Below, piece by piece: positions 1 to 13,700 of a stretch of 64,000 bases of DNA (positions are counted from its first letter, which is position 1; each line of letters opens with the position of its first letter). The notes beneath the pieces were generated by a model that was not told the DNA's origin, did not search any database, and saw only the letters and a list, made by a program, of their open reading frames with translations. The translations under genes and the position numbers were made by a program. Source of the DNA: Amphiscolops sp. MND2022. Taxonomy: Eukaryota. Location: NCBI GenBank assembly GCA_964187785.1, contig OZ076409.1, forward strand, positions 1,860,001 through 1,924,000, in the 5' to 3' direction.

Positions 1-2366
1 TATTGTTTTTGTTGTTTTCAAAAAAAAACAGACCGAATCGATTCGTTCTGTTTTGTTTGAAAACAATAAAACAATACTGACTTGCGCGGGCTTCGAACTC
101 ACGACATTCGGTTTCTAAAGCCTTAACACCAATGCTTCAACAACTAGATTAGTTGTTTATTGGCTTGTCTAACAGATCTTCCAACCGTTATTCCCTGAAT
201 GGCTTCATTAAGGTTCAAAGGTGTCGTTGCGAAACCTTTGTTTTTTTCAAGTTTTCTGCCAGTCAAAATTCATCTGCCAAGTAGAAAAAAGTTTAATCAG
301 CGAATCTGAATTGAAAATTTTTAAAACCGCTACTTCAACAAAAGCAAAAGTAGAATGCTTATGCTTGCAAAATTTAACAAGATGCCCGCTGAGCAGCGGG
401 ATATTTTCCGCCACAAACTGTTCTACAATGACATAATTTTGAGGCAAAAGAATAGCCAATGCACTATGAAAATGCAACGTTCGAAGAGAAGAAAGTTTTG
501 ATTCATCTTTAGCCCATTTTTAGAGCAAACACCTATTTTATAATCATGCTAAGTACCTAATTGTTTTGTTGTTGACCTATGTGGATACCAGTGCCTAAAA
601 TACCAAATTATCAGTCGGAGCTTTTCGTCAGGAAAAAAACTACTATGGTCATGACTTTTCGTCAGTATTTTTTTCGATAATACTTGATCTACCAAAAGTT
701 CTTCAATTTTCCAAGTGACGTATCACTGTCACTTGACCACACTGCCACAACTTTTGAATCATGTTTTTGCAGTTTTCGGAATGATTGAAGAAAATACCTG
801 TATTCACCTTTTCTGCCTGTGTGCGTCTTTCCGAAACATTCATGTGGTCGAAGGGCAACCCTCACTTTCACAGCTGATTTCGGGTTGAGAAAAAGTTTTG
901 CGTGCCGAACCCATTTTCAGCACTATGGGGTTTTTCCGAACAGAAATTCAAAAAATGGGTAAAAGTGATTTCCAACTCCGAGGCGTATTTCTTGGGGTAA
1001 TTATTGGCACTGAGAAATGCGTGAAAGGTTGAAACTAGTGTCCTTTGCAAGTTTAAGAAATGAGCGAGGCGGCAACTTGGTCCCGACTTGTAATATTATT
1101 GCACATAACGTCACCAAAAGTGTCAAAAATTGGAAAAACTTGATTTTTTTGACAACCTCGGGGTCTTATTGACTACTTGTTTACCATGGAAAGAAAGATG
1201 TCTCCTCTAAAAATTCTAATAGAAACCGAGTTTAGTTGTTGTTTTACAATTACACCATTCTAACCCATGAAATAGCTCGACAGTTTTACAACAAAAATTG
1301 AAACAAAACAACAAAAATTTCTTGATTTTTGCGTAATTCTCAGGTTTTTCTTCCTCCGTGGGGAACTGCAAAAACAGTTTATTTTGGAAGGCGTACTCCA
1401 TACCTAGTAATTTTACTTCGAGCTTTCCGAGTATTAACTATTCTCTCAATTTTGAACGTTTTGGATCTTCTAGCCGAAGAAATTTCTCGGAAATTGTACT
1501 GAAATGGCTTCAAAAACGACAAAAAATTAAAAGTTTGAATTATTTGAGAATTTTTGGGCCAATTCGATGATTTTTTTCTGTTTCAAATTGTTATCTCTCG
1601 ATAAAAGTTTTCTGAAATTACGAATTTTTCCCTTGCTTAACGGTTCTAACGTTCCTAACAACGAAGTCTATCGAGAATTAAACAAAAGTGAATAAACGTG
1701 GTGAAAGTCGGAAAATTTTGGAAAATTGTCTTCTTCGGCGTCAATCCGAGACATTTTTCATTGAAAAAACAGCATTTATCTCCTCACTAAGGCTATTGGA
1801 CAACAACCTCTTTCTTGTTTTGTTGGTGGACGCTTTTCAACTTTCCAATCTACACTTTGTGTCGAAAAGTAGATAAAATTTGCATGAAAATTTTGAAAAT
1901 GAAGAAGTCTTTTTCTTTTCAAAAAACCGCAATGATCTCTTCATAAAAGACTATTGGACAACGAATTCTTGCCTTGTTGAACGTTTTCAACATTCTATTT
2001 CACGATGTGTATCGAAAATTTGACAAAATTTGCATTAAAACGTTATAAACAGTGAAATTTTGGAATTTCTGTTACTTTTGGGGTCATTTTCGTAATTCCC
2101 AAAAGTCCAAAAATCTCTACAAATACATATCGCACGAAGCTAATTTTATGTGAGTTGAATTTTGTTGGTGACGCCCTTCAACTTGAAAACCAGTTCGAAT
2201 ACAGCCAAATGCAGCTTTTATAAGCATCAGATTATAAAAAATTGGCAGTATTTGGAGAAAAAAAACGCAACACAGATCGTTTATGTGGGCGGAAAATGAC
2301 AAGAAACAGTTCATAAATATGTTCAACACCACTCCGCAAGGCTTATGAGTCATCTTGTAGTGGTTA

Positions 2367-2909
2367 GAGCAGTGAATTGACGGCGGTACATTTACCGTAA
2401 TGGAATACACGATTTTCTGGTACTGTTACACTAAATACCGATTTACACGATTTACCCAAATCACACGATACACACGCGTTAATGAAGCAATTTGACCAGC
2501 TTCCGAAATGAGTATAAATGTATTCTTCGTTCGCTCGGACCGAAAAATAACTCCGAAAGGGATGAAACCATTCTGAGATTCTGGCGAGAAAAGGAACGAA
2601 CAAGGGTTGAAAAATTTAATTGTGGATATCTTTTCTATTTTGCCAGGTTCTGGATCATTAGAAAGGACGTTCTCCTTTCGTATTTTTAAAATGAGCTCGC
2701 GGACAAAACGACTTCTACCAATGAATTTGGAAAAGGTTGTTAAAACTGTGCTTTCTAAATGAACATTATTAGTTTTCAAAATTTTATTTTTTTGTAGTCG
2801 GTACACGGTACTATAGACCATATATTTTTGTACACGATACCGGTGCACTATAGGAAAGTACACGAAAAACACGATACACGATTTTCAGTACACGAGTCAA
2901 TTCACTGGG
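2367..2909. mobile_element. Non-autonomous TIR element (duplicated at ~10212-10755)
   Basis: Inverted ends CAGTGAATTGAC ... GTCAATTCACTG(GG); many subterminal TACACG(AT) motifs. Confidence 0.5.
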
Positions 2910-2965
2910 CTAGAGTATTCGGCATGTCCTGGGGTGGTATCAGGTTCGAATCTCTCTCAACTCAC

Positions 2966-3150
2966 CATTGTTGGTCTTTCAGCAAGTCCTTCATCCCTAG
3001 CTTAGTGGTATGGTCAATGCCAAAAAATACCGCCTTTGGCGGAGAAAAAGCAAAAACAAAAAGAGCAACGGTGAGAAGCCAGATCTTTGTGACCTTGAGC
3101 AAGTCATTTTGAAACCACCGATTCAAGCCGATCAGTGCTTGACCATTTGG
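2966..3150 (-). pseudogene. Putative orphan exon encoding a hydrophobic, GPCR-TM6-like segment (duplicated at 10812-10996)
   Basis: Minus strand: TTTGCAG acceptor, open frame PNGQ...KVTKIWLLTVALFVFAFSPP...QQW, then a GTGAGT donor at 2965-2960. Neighbouring exons are not clearly intact. Confidence 0.35.
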
Positions 3151-4247
3151 CTGCAAATATGGTATCCGAAAGAAAACAGAACAGCTTATTCAGCGTCCAC
3201 CTTGCGAAAATAGGGAAATAAACTTTTTTCGAGAATTCTTAGGAAATAACATCAAGTATATTTGATTAAAAACTGAAACGAGTGTAAACTTCAACTCCTA
3301 ATGGGCTTGAGAAACAATTTGATTGTCTGAAATTTAGACCATTTAAGTTAGCAATTTTTTGAAGTTGACAAACGATTTGTAAGTTGTAGTAATAATGGAC
3401 CCTTTGGCATGTTATTGTCTCCTCAGAAAATTTCCATTCCGGGCCCGCTTATCCCAATAATATTAGTTTATGCTATAATTGCGAATTGTTGTCATTATTC
3501 GACCTTGGCCGAAACAAACATGGGAATGAGAAGCGTTTCTGCCGAACTAAGCATTTAGCAGAAACAAACTCGCTATTTCAGGTTCGATTCAAAAAAATAA
3601 ATTTGGGAACTTTTTCGAAAAAAAAGAAGGTCTTTTTTGGGTCCAAGTAAGCAACCATTGTTTTTCATTTCAGCTGGCTGGAGCTCTGTCTCATTGTGTT
3701 ACACTCAATTTTGTTCATCTGGATTGTGCAGGGCTTCATCTGGACATTTTACAAGTGGGCGCATAAATTAGATTCCAGAAAATTTGCCAACAACAACTGA
3801 TGAAATAGTTTACAAGAATTTAAGAAACAGTATTTGTTGGCCCAGGTATCAACCTTAGCTGGTGCCCGCGACTTTCTTGCGAAGTGAACTCCATCTAGTA
3901 AAAAAAAACAAGACAAGAACGACCCAAATTGGCGCCCAGTCTAAGGTTGAAATAACGCTATGGTTTCCAAAAAAGCTAAATAAATGAAAACTTGAAGGAA
4001 AAACAGCATAATGTCACAGCCCAAAACTCGAATGCACGAGCTCTTAGATTGATAATGGCGTTTCTTAAATTGAAAACAAAATGTAAAATCAAAAGGAATG
4101 CTCTTTGGAGAATCGGAGAAAAAATCAAAAACGCCCGTTAAGCAGCCAGGTATTTCAGTCTCGAACTAACATGCGAAGAACATAGGAAAAAGCATAAAGA
4201 CAATTTTTGCATCTTGATTGGGTATTTTTTTAAAAATCGTCACCTCT

Positions 4248-4792
4248 CCCTAGTCGAGATTGCTTGAAGTTTTTACATGCTGCATGGAAACATGCAGGCT
4301 AATTTTTTAAAAAATATGGAAAATTCCGGGACCGTGCATGGAAACATTTTGTATGATTACAATGCAGCCTTCACTATTTGAATTAAAACTGAAAACAATT
4401 CCACTTCTTCGCGGCAGCGATCACTTTGTTTTCACGAGTAAGTTTCTCATGTAAGTGCACTATGTAATCACCGTTAGCCAAATAGCACGCTGAATATGAC
4501 GCTACTTTGAAACTTATAATGTGACTGAAATTTGTTTGGATTGAAAGCGCTGTAAAATTGATTAAGGTCTCAGCTGCTTTCAAAATTAGAACGGCGTCTT
4601 TAAGAAACCTGAAAAACGTCGCGGCGCAAAATTGCAGCCAAATATAAGATGCATTTTATAGGCAGCTTGATAAAATTAGATCGAATCAGTGAAGATTTAA
4701 AGCTTGGACATTTCTTTGGGAATTTTATAAAATCATGGAAGGCTTGGTAACCTACAAAAACATGTAAAAAGTTCAAGCAGTTCCAACCAGGG
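4248..4792. mobile_element. CCCTAG-ended MITE, 2-bp TSD (CMC/EnSpm-like); duplicated at 12095-12639
   Basis: CCCTAGTCGAGATTGC ... GCAGTTCCAACCAGGG with CT on both flanks. Interior homologous to 62738-63291, 62058-62536 and 32056-32460. Confidence 0.65.
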
Positions 4793-5132
4793 CTCTCATT
4801 ATGTTAAAGAGACAATTATCCTATGTTTGAACGCTGTAATTATTGATACCCACTTTTAAATTGATTAGGAGGACATAAGTTGGGGGAAAGTTGGCCCTTG
4901 GGCTTTTTCAGCGTTTACTCAAAAAAACTTCAGGACCATTTTCCGAGAGCGTTCTTGGAAAATTGTCATGCTCATCGTTCAATTTTCTGGATATAGTAAA
5001 CTACAAAAGTGCTTAAAAATTGAGGGCAAATTGCCATTCGATTGACAAAAAAAGTTTTTTGAACTTTTCGCGCATTGGGGCCATTCTCATGTCAATTCTC
5101 AAGCTACGTTTGTTACGTTAAGCTAGCAGCGT

Positions 5133-5346
5133 CATAAGAGTGCATAGGCAAGCTTAATTTGCTCAAAGCGCAATTTGTGCTCTCAATACCTCGGATTCCA
5201 CGACCATACCTTTAACTGTGCAAAATTGGCAAATTACGTCATAAGTCCCGGATTCCACAAACAAGCATTCCGAGGACAAGCAGCGGATTTTTCGTGTCCC
5301 GGATTCCACGACAAGCAGCAAAATAGCTTGCCTATGCACTGTAATG
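5133..5346. mobile_element. MITE with CATTAC-type TIR and GT TSD, inserted in the old LTR (duplicated at 12980-13193)
   Basis: Perfect inverted core AGTGCATAGGCAAGC / GCTTGCCTATGCACT. Removing it restores CAGCGTTCAT, as seen in the related LTR at ~16466. Internal GGATTCCAC repeats. Confidence 0.85.
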
Positions 5347-6227
5347 GTTCATCCTAGAGCTGGGACAATGCCTAGCTTGCTTAGACGGGAGACTGTGGTC
5401 TTGCTACAAGCCTAGACACTAGTTTTTCTACCGAAAAATGTCTCCTCGGGGCTTTTTCATGCGTCAAGGAGAAACCTCACTTCAGAGCTCCGGGACGACA
5501 TGCCGGCACTCTCAAAGTCCGGAAACGTCCCACAAGCATATAAAAAAGTGCCTAAGGTTCTTGCTGCCGAGGTCCAAAAAGGAAATAAGCTGAAATACAT
5601 TTTTTCACAAGATAAACAAAAATTCCAGGATCAAACAGCTGGAAAATTTACAAATTACTGAAATATTGCACTTTTGACAAAATTATTGTCATAAAACTTC
5701 GAGTCAAAACCTCACCAACAGTTTGACTCACGTGTTACTGAATACCGGATACAACACACACTGCTTTTCTGTATTTTATGATGTAATTTTTTTGAGATTG
5801 TCAGTGGGTGTTTACTGTTCTTTCCCTACGGCTGCATGGGGTTGTTCCTATGTTGCTATTTTGTCTTCCAAACTAAATTTGGGGTTCCACCTGCCAAAAT
5901 CCACCTGCGAGATCGGCCATGTCACTATTGTATTTGTAGTCTTGGTTTGAGACGCACTGCGTACCAAGTACCAACTAATGGAAGTGGGATTTAAGGAATA
6001 CTAGCTCTCCCACGGCTTGTTAGGCACGTGTTCTCATCGATAAGATTACACTTAGGTTACTTTGATAGCGGTTGTGAGCAAAAGTGAGATTTTTGCAATA
6101 TCCACTAGTACGCCTGGTAGGCCGTGTTTCAACAGACTAAATATTGAAGCTTCAACAAATATCGTAAAACGGGTGTTTAGCGTATTAACAAGCTCGTTGT
6201 TGCACCTACTCAGGGCTATGATAGCAA

Positions 6228-6675
6228 CATTACGATACAGATGCCGAAACGAACTAGCAAGATCTTGCTAGTTCGATCAACAGCCAATAAAAACGCGTTC
6301 TTATTTTCGATACGCGTTATGACGTTTGCTCGTTACACTGGGTTGTTTGGCGTTACGCGTAGTCATCAAAATACAGTAAGTGACTACTTTACACTCTCTA
6401 CAAGTACGTATTTGACTAGTTTCCACTTCACACACGAATGGAAGCATCATTTGGAGTTATTTGTACTCACGATGTGTACCATAATTATTTACTGGTTTCC
6501 CCTTTTCCCTAATTACGCTCAATGAGCACATCTGCAATTTCTGATTACACTGCATCAAACTCCACGATGAGCACGATGCACTGTTTGACTAGAATACGGT
6601 TCGCTCTGGTTTCACAAAGAAGTACACTTTACACTTGATGAAAAATTCCACTTTTGCAGCATATGTATCGTATTA
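6228..6675. mobile_element. CATTACGATAC-TIR element (duplicated at 14075-14522)
   Basis: CATTACGATACA ... TGTATCGTA(T/A)T ends and an internal ACTAGCAAGATCTTGCTAGT palindrome. Inverted relative of 19439-19701. Confidence 0.7.
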
Positions 6676-7733
6676 AAAATTGGTGCAATTTTTGTGCAAA
6701 TTTTGACAAAATCAGCCGTTTTTGTCAAAACGCACGTCTGAGGCAGGTGGAAATCACCTCTAGTGCTGCTAGCGACCTGACCAATCTCAATTTCACACCC
6801 TGTACCAATCTATCTGCATCGTGCAGAATTGACCATCAGTTGCGCAAAAAAATGACTGCACGTGAAATGCGGTGGCTCAAAAATGTTGTTTGGAGAAGTC
6901 AAAAAGTTGTGAAATTTACAATTTCTGGCCAAACTCGCTCTCTAGGCTTCCTAGCTACCTAAGGTCTTGTACGCGGGCGTAATCAGTGTCAATGTCCACG
7001 TACCATAAAAGCAAAATTGCCGGGGATGCCTGGTTGGATATTTGACGATCCGAAGTGACGAAAGTATGCTCTTACCAAGGGGCGTTTCCTGGAGTCTAAT
7101 TTCATAAAAATGTCAGTTTCTTCAAGTTAGGTAACAGCAGGGTGCTCAAAATGGACAAATTGTTGCAATTTGGTGCCGTGTGTGCAAAAATGAAAAATTT
7201 GGGTTGTGGGATATCCTGGAGATATTACACTACGCTCAACAAAAATTCGGTTTTTGCATCATTTTCACCCGATTTTTATGCAAACGGCGGCTATTTTTTC
7301 ACAGCGACTATTTCGACTTGTCTCAGAAACACCAGGTCAGGGTTCCCGCTATTTCTCGGCAACCTTTGGTGGGAATCAGTCGAGCTTTCCGCCTTAGCAA
7401 CCTTATATTCAGTATTAACGGAAATTAGGCAAGTGAAACCTGATAGGTTCCAACTAAGGTCTCTCGAAAAGTTTTCAAGCTGCAGTTTTTTACACTCAGG
7501 GAACAGTACAAATACTACGCAGTCTCACGTATTTTTCATTTCTCTGTTTTCAGGCGGTCCGAGCGTTTTCACAAGTAACGTAGCAAGGTGTCTCAATTTT
7601 TTTCAGGGGAATGGGGTTTTCAATAAGAATTTTTGTTTAAATATCGCTCAGGATTTTGGAGTCCTCCACCCAGCTCTATGTATTTGAAAAGAAATCAAAT
7701 GTTAACACTTTCGACTTGTATTGAGGAGTCCAA

Positions 7734-10700
7734 GTATTGATATGGTACAAGTTCGAGTACGACGCACTCAGGTTTAGAGGCGACAAGAAAATGAAGTGAG
7801 TTGCGCCCCGGGTTTGGTGACGTGAGTTCGAACCCCGCGCAAGTCAGTATTGTTTTTGTTGTTTTCAAAAAAAACAGACCGAATCGATTCGTTCTGTTTT
7901 GTTTGAAAACAATAAAACAATACTGACTTGCGCGGGCTTCGAACTCACGACATTCGGTTTCTAAAGCCTTAACACCAATGCTTCAACAACTAGATTAGTT
8001 GTTTATTGGCTTGTCTAACAGATCTTCCAACCGTTATTCCCTGAATGGCTTCATTAAGGTTCAAAGGTGTCGTTGCGAAACCTTTGTTTTTTTCAAGTTT
8101 TCTGCCAGTCAAAATTCATCTGCCAAGTAGAAAAAAGTTTAATCAGCGAATCTGAATTGAAAATTTTTAAAACCGCTACTTCAACAAAAGCAAAAGTAGA
8201 ATGCTTATGCTTGCAAAATTTAACAAGATGCCCGCTGAGCAGCGGGATATTTTCCGCCACAAACTGTTCTACAATGACATAATTTTGAGGCAAAAGAATA
8301 GCCAATGCACTATGAAAATGCAACGTTCGAAGAGAAGAAAGTTTTGATTCATCTTTAGCCCATTTTTAGAGCAAACACCTATTTTATAATCATGCTAAGT
8401 ACCTAATTGTTTTGTTGTTGACCTATGTGGATACCAGTGCCTAAAATACCAAATTATCAGTCGGAGCTTTTCGTCAGGAAAAAAACTACTATGGTCATGA
8501 CTTTTCGTCAGTATTTTTTTCGATAATACTTGATCTACCAAAAGTTCTTCAATTTTCCAAGTGACGTATCACTGTCACTTGACCACACTGCCACAACTTT
8601 TGAATCATGTTTTTGCAGTTTTCGGAATGATTGAAGAAAATACCTGTATTCACTTTTTCTGCCTGTGTGCGTCTTTCCGAAACATTCATGTGGTCGAAGG
8701 GCAACCCTCACTTTCACAGCTGATTTCGGGTTGAGAAAAAGTTTTGCGTGCCGAACCCATTTTCAGCACTATGGGGTTTTTCCGAACAGAAATTCAAAAA
8801 ATGGGTAAAAGTGATTTCCAACTCCGAGGCGTATTTCTTGGGGTAATTATTGGCACTGAGAAATGCGTGAAAGGTTGAAACTAGTGTCCTTTGCAAGTTT
8901 AAGAAATGAGCGAGGCGGCAACTTGGTCCCGACTTGTAATATTATTGCACATAACGTCACCAAAAGTGTCAAAAATTGGAAAAACTTGATTTTTTTGACA
9001 ACCTCGGGGTCTTATTGACTACTTGTTTACCATGGAAAGAAAGATGTCTCCTCTAAAAATTCTAATAGAAACCGAGTTTAGTTGTTGTTTTACAATTACA
9101 CCATTCTAACCCATGAAATAGCTCGACAGTTTTACAACAAAAATTGAAACAAAACAACAAAAATTTCTTGATTTTTGCGTAATTCTCAGGTTTTCTTCCT
9201 CCGTGGGGAACTGCAAAAACAGTTTATTTTGGAAGGCGTACTCCATACCTAGTAATTTTACTTCGAGCTTTCCGAGTATTAACTATTCTCTCAATTTTGA
9301 ACGTTTTGGATCTTCTAGCCGAAGAAATTTCTCGGAAATTGTACTGAAATGGCTTCAAAAACGACAAAAAATTAAAAGTTTGAATTATTTGAGAATTTTT
9401 GGGCCAATTCGATGATTTTTTTCTGTTTCAAATTGTTATCTCTCGATAAAAGTTTTCTGAAATTACGAATTTTTCCCTTGCTTAACGGTTCTAACGTTCC
9501 TAACAACGAAGTCTATCGAGAATTAAACAAAAGTGAATAAACGTGGTGAAAGTCGGAAAATTTTGGAAAATTGTCTTCTTCGGCGTCAATCCGAGACATT
9601 TTTCATTGAAAAAACAGCATTTATCTCCTCACTAAGGCTATTGGACAACAACCTCTTTCTTGTTTTGTTGGTGGACGCTTTTCAACTTTCCAATCTACAC
9701 TTTGTGTCGAAAAGTAGATAAAATTTGCATGAAAATTTTGAAAATGAAGAAGTCTTTTTCTTTTCAAAAAACCGCAATGATCTCTTCATAAAAGACTATT
9801 GGACAACGAATTCTTGCCTTGTTGAACGTTTTCAACATTCTATTTCACGATGTGTATCGAAAATTTGACAAAATTTGCATTAAAACGTTATAAACAGTGA
9901 AATTTTGGAATTTCTGTTACTTTTGGGGTCATTTTCGTAATTCCCAAAAGTCCAAAAATCTCTACAAATACATATCGCACGAAGCTAATTTTATGTGAGT
10001 TGAATTTTGTTGGTGACGCCCTTCAACTTGAAAACCAGTTCGAATACAGCCAAATGCAGCTTTTATAAGCATCAGATTATAAAAAATTGGCAGTATTTGG
10101 AGAAAAAAAACGCAACACAGATCGTTTATGTGGGCGGAAAATGACAAGAAACAGTTCATAAATATGTTCAACACCACTCCGCAAGGCTTATGAGTCATCT
10201 TGTAGTGGTTAGAGCAGTGAATTGACGGCGGTACATTTACCGTAATGGAATACACGATTTTCTGGTACTGTTACACTAAATACCGATTTACACGATTTAC
10301 CCAAATCACACGATACACATGCGTTAATGAAGCAATTTGACCAGCTTCCGAAATGAGTATAAATGTATTCTTCGTTCGCTCGGACCGAAAAATAACTCCG
10401 AAAGGGATGAAACCATTCTGAGATTCTGGCGAGAAAAGGAACGAACAAGGGTTGAAAAATTTAATTGTGGATATCTTTTCTATTTTGCCAGGTTCTGGAT
10501 CATTAGAAAGGACGTTCTCCTTTCGTATTTTTAAAATGAGCTCGCGGACAAAACGACTTCTACCAATGAATTTGGAAAAGGTTGTTAAAACTGTGCTTTC
10601 TAAATGAACATTATTAGTTTTCAAAATTTTATTTTTTTTGTAGTCGGTACACGGTACTATAGACCATATATTTTTGTACACGATACCGGTGCACTATAGG

Positions 10701-13700
10701 AAAGTACACGAAAAACACGATACACGATTTTCAGTACACGAGTCATTTCACTGGGCTAGAGTATTCGGCATGTCCTGGGGTGGTATCAGGTTCGAATCTC
10801 TCTCAACTCACCATTGTTGGTCTTTCAGCAAGTCCTTCATCCCTAGCTTAGTGGTATGGTCAATGCCAAAAAATACCGCCTTTGGCGGAGAAAAAGCAAA
10901 AACAAAAAGAGCAACGGTGAGAAGCCAGATCTTTGTGACCTTGAGCAAGTCATTTTGAAACCACCGATTCAAGCCGATCAGTGCTTGACCATTTGGCTGC
11001 AAATATGGTATCCGAAAGAAAACAGAACAGCTTATTCAGCGTCCACCTTGCGAAAATAGGGAAATAAACTTTTTTCGAGAATTCTTAGGAAATAACATCA
11101 AGTATATTTGATTAAAAACTGAAACGAGTGTAAACTTCAACTCCTAATGGGCTTGAGAAACAATTTGATTGTCTGAAATTTAGACCATTTAAGTTAGCAA
11201 TTTTTTGAAGTTGACAAACGATTTGTAAGTTGTAGTAATAATGGACCCTTTGGCATGTTATTGTCTCCTCAGAAAATTTCCATTCCGGGCCCGCTTATCC
11301 CAATAATATTAGTTTATGCTATAATTGCGAATTGTTGTCATTATTCGACCTTGGCCGAAACAAACATGGGAATGAGAAGCGTTTCTGCCGAACTAAGCAT
11401 TTAGCAGAAACAAACTCGCTATTTCAGGTTCGATTCAAAAAAATAAATTTGGGAACTTTTTCGAAAAAAAGAAGGTCTTTTTTGGGTCCAAGTAAGCAAC
11501 CATTGTTTTTCATTTCAGCTGGCTGGAGCTCTGTCTCATTGTGTTACACTCAATTTTGTTCATCTGGATTGTGCAGGGCTTCATCTGGACATTTTACAAG
11601 TGGGCGCATAAAATAGATTCCAGAAAATTTGCCAACAACAACTGATGAAATAGTTTACAAGAATTTAAGAAACAGTATTTGTTGGCCCAGGTATCAACCT
11701 TAGCTGGTGCCCGCGACTATCTTGCGAAGTGAACTCCATCTAGTAAAAAAAAAACAAGACAAGAACGACCCAAATTGGCGCCCAGTCTAAGGTTGAAATA
11801 ACGCTATGGTTTCCAAAAAAGCTAAATAAATGAAAACTTGAAGGAAAAACAGCATAATGTCACAGCCCAAAACTCGAATGCACGAGCTCTTAGATTGATA
11901 ATGGCGTTTCTTAAATTGAAAACAAAATGTAAAATCAAAAGGAATGCTCTTTGGAGAATCGGAGAAAAAATCAAAAACGCCCGTTAAGCAGCCAGGTATT
12001 TCAGTCTCGAACTAACATGCGAAGAACATAGGAAAAAGCATAAAGACAATTTTTGCATCTTGATTGGGTATTTTTTTAAAAAATCGTCACCTCTCCCTAG
12101 TCGAGATTGCTTGAAGTTTTTACATGCTGCATGGAAACATGCAGGCTAATTTTTTATAAAATATGGAAAATTCCGGGACCGTGCATGGAAACATTTTGTA
12201 TGATTACAATGCAGCCTTCACTATTTGAATTAAAACTGAAACCAATTCCACTTCTTCGCGGCAGCGATCACTTTGTTTTCACGAGTAAGTTTCTCATGTA
12301 AGTGCACTATGTAATCACCGTTAGCCAAATAGTACGCTGAATATGACGCTACTTTGAAACTTATAATGTGACTGAAATTTGTTTGGATTGAAAGCGCTGT
12401 AAAATTGATTAAGGTCTCAGCTGCTTTCAAAATTAGAACGGCGTCTTTAAGAAACCTGAAAAACGTCGCGGCGCAAAATTGCAGCCAAATATAAGATGCA
12501 TTTTATAGGCAGCTTGATAAAATTAGATCGAATCAGTGAAGATTTAAAGCTTGGACATTTCTTTGGGAATTTTATAAAATCATGGAAGGCTTGGTAACCT
12601 ACAATAACATGTAAAAAGTTCAAGCAGTTCCAACCAGGGCTCTCATTATGTTAAAGAGACAATTATCCTATGTTTGAACGCTGTAATTATTGATACCCAC
12701 TTTTAAATTGATTAGGAGGACATAAGTTGGGGGAAAGTTGGCCCTTGGGCTTTTTCAGCGTTTACTCAAAAAAACTTCAGGACCATTTTCCGAGAGCGTT
12801 CTTGGAAAATTGTCATGCTCATCGTTCAATTTTCTGGATATAGTAAACTACAAAAGTGCTTAAAAATTGAGGGCAAATTGCCATTCGATTGACAAAAAAA
12901 GTTTTTTGAACTTTTCGCGCATTGGGGCCATTCTCATGTCAATTCTCAAGCTACGTTTGTTACGTTGAGCTAGCAGCGTCATAAGAGTGCATAGGCAAGC
13001 TTAATTTGCTCAAAGCGCAATTTGTGCTCTCAATACCTCGGATTCCACGACCATACCTTTAACTGTGCAAAATTGGCAAATTACGTCATAAGTCCCGGAT
13101 TCCACAAACAAGCATTCCGAGGACAAGCAGCGGATTTTTCGTGTCCCGGATTCCACGACAAGCAGCAAAATAGCTTGCCTATGCACTGTAATGGTTCATC
13201 CTAGAGCTGGGACAATGCCTAGCTTGCTTAGACGGGAGACTGTGGTCTTGCTACAAGCCTAGACACTAGTTTTTCTACCGAAAAATGTCTCCTCGGGGCT
13301 TTTTCATGCGTCAAGGAGAAACCTCACTTCAGAGCTCCGGGACGACATGCCGGCACTCTCAAAGTCCGGAAACGTCCCACAAGCATATAAAAAAGTGCCT
13401 AAGGTTCTTGCTGCCGAGGTCCAAAAAGGAAATAAGCTGAAATACATTTTTTCACAAGATAAACAAAAATTCCAGGATCAAACAGCTGGAAAATTTACAA
13501 ATTACTGAAATATTGCACTTTTGACAAAATTATTGTCATAAAACTTCGAGTCAAAACCTCACCAACAGTTTGACTCACGTGTTACTGAATACCGGATACA
13601 ACACACACTGCTTTTCTGTATTTTATGATGTAATTTTTTTGAGATTGTCAGTGGGTGTTTACTGTTCTTTCCCTACGGCTGCATGGGGTTGTTCCTATGT

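Larger units (their letters stand above)
1..7733. repeat. Tandem segmental duplication, copy A (start lies left of the window)
   Basis: Sequence and ORF track recur at an offset of 7845-7847 bp (e.g. ORF 221 vs 8067, 7142 vs 14989). Identity ends after GAGGAGTCCAA at 7733 / 15580. Confidence 0.97.
5111..7733 (-). mobile_element. Truncated duplicate of the old ORF-less Gypsy derivative (LTR part plus leader), cut by the duplication junction
   Basis: 5111-5720 resembles the LTRs at 16450 and 38782. 6676-7733 resembles the Gypsy leader at ~55100-56200 (e.g. CTAGGCTTCCTAGCTACCT, TAAGGTCTCTC). Confidence 0.75.

Noticed and set aside
7142..7687. 181-aa ORF (and its copy at 14989-15534) as a real gene
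   Set aside because: Lies in Gypsy leader-derived DNA; the frame is not preserved in the homologous 55500-56200 region and has no motifs.
7810..7990. tRNA gene
   Set aside because: Only a T-arm/B-box-like motif; no full cloverleaf or acceptor stem.
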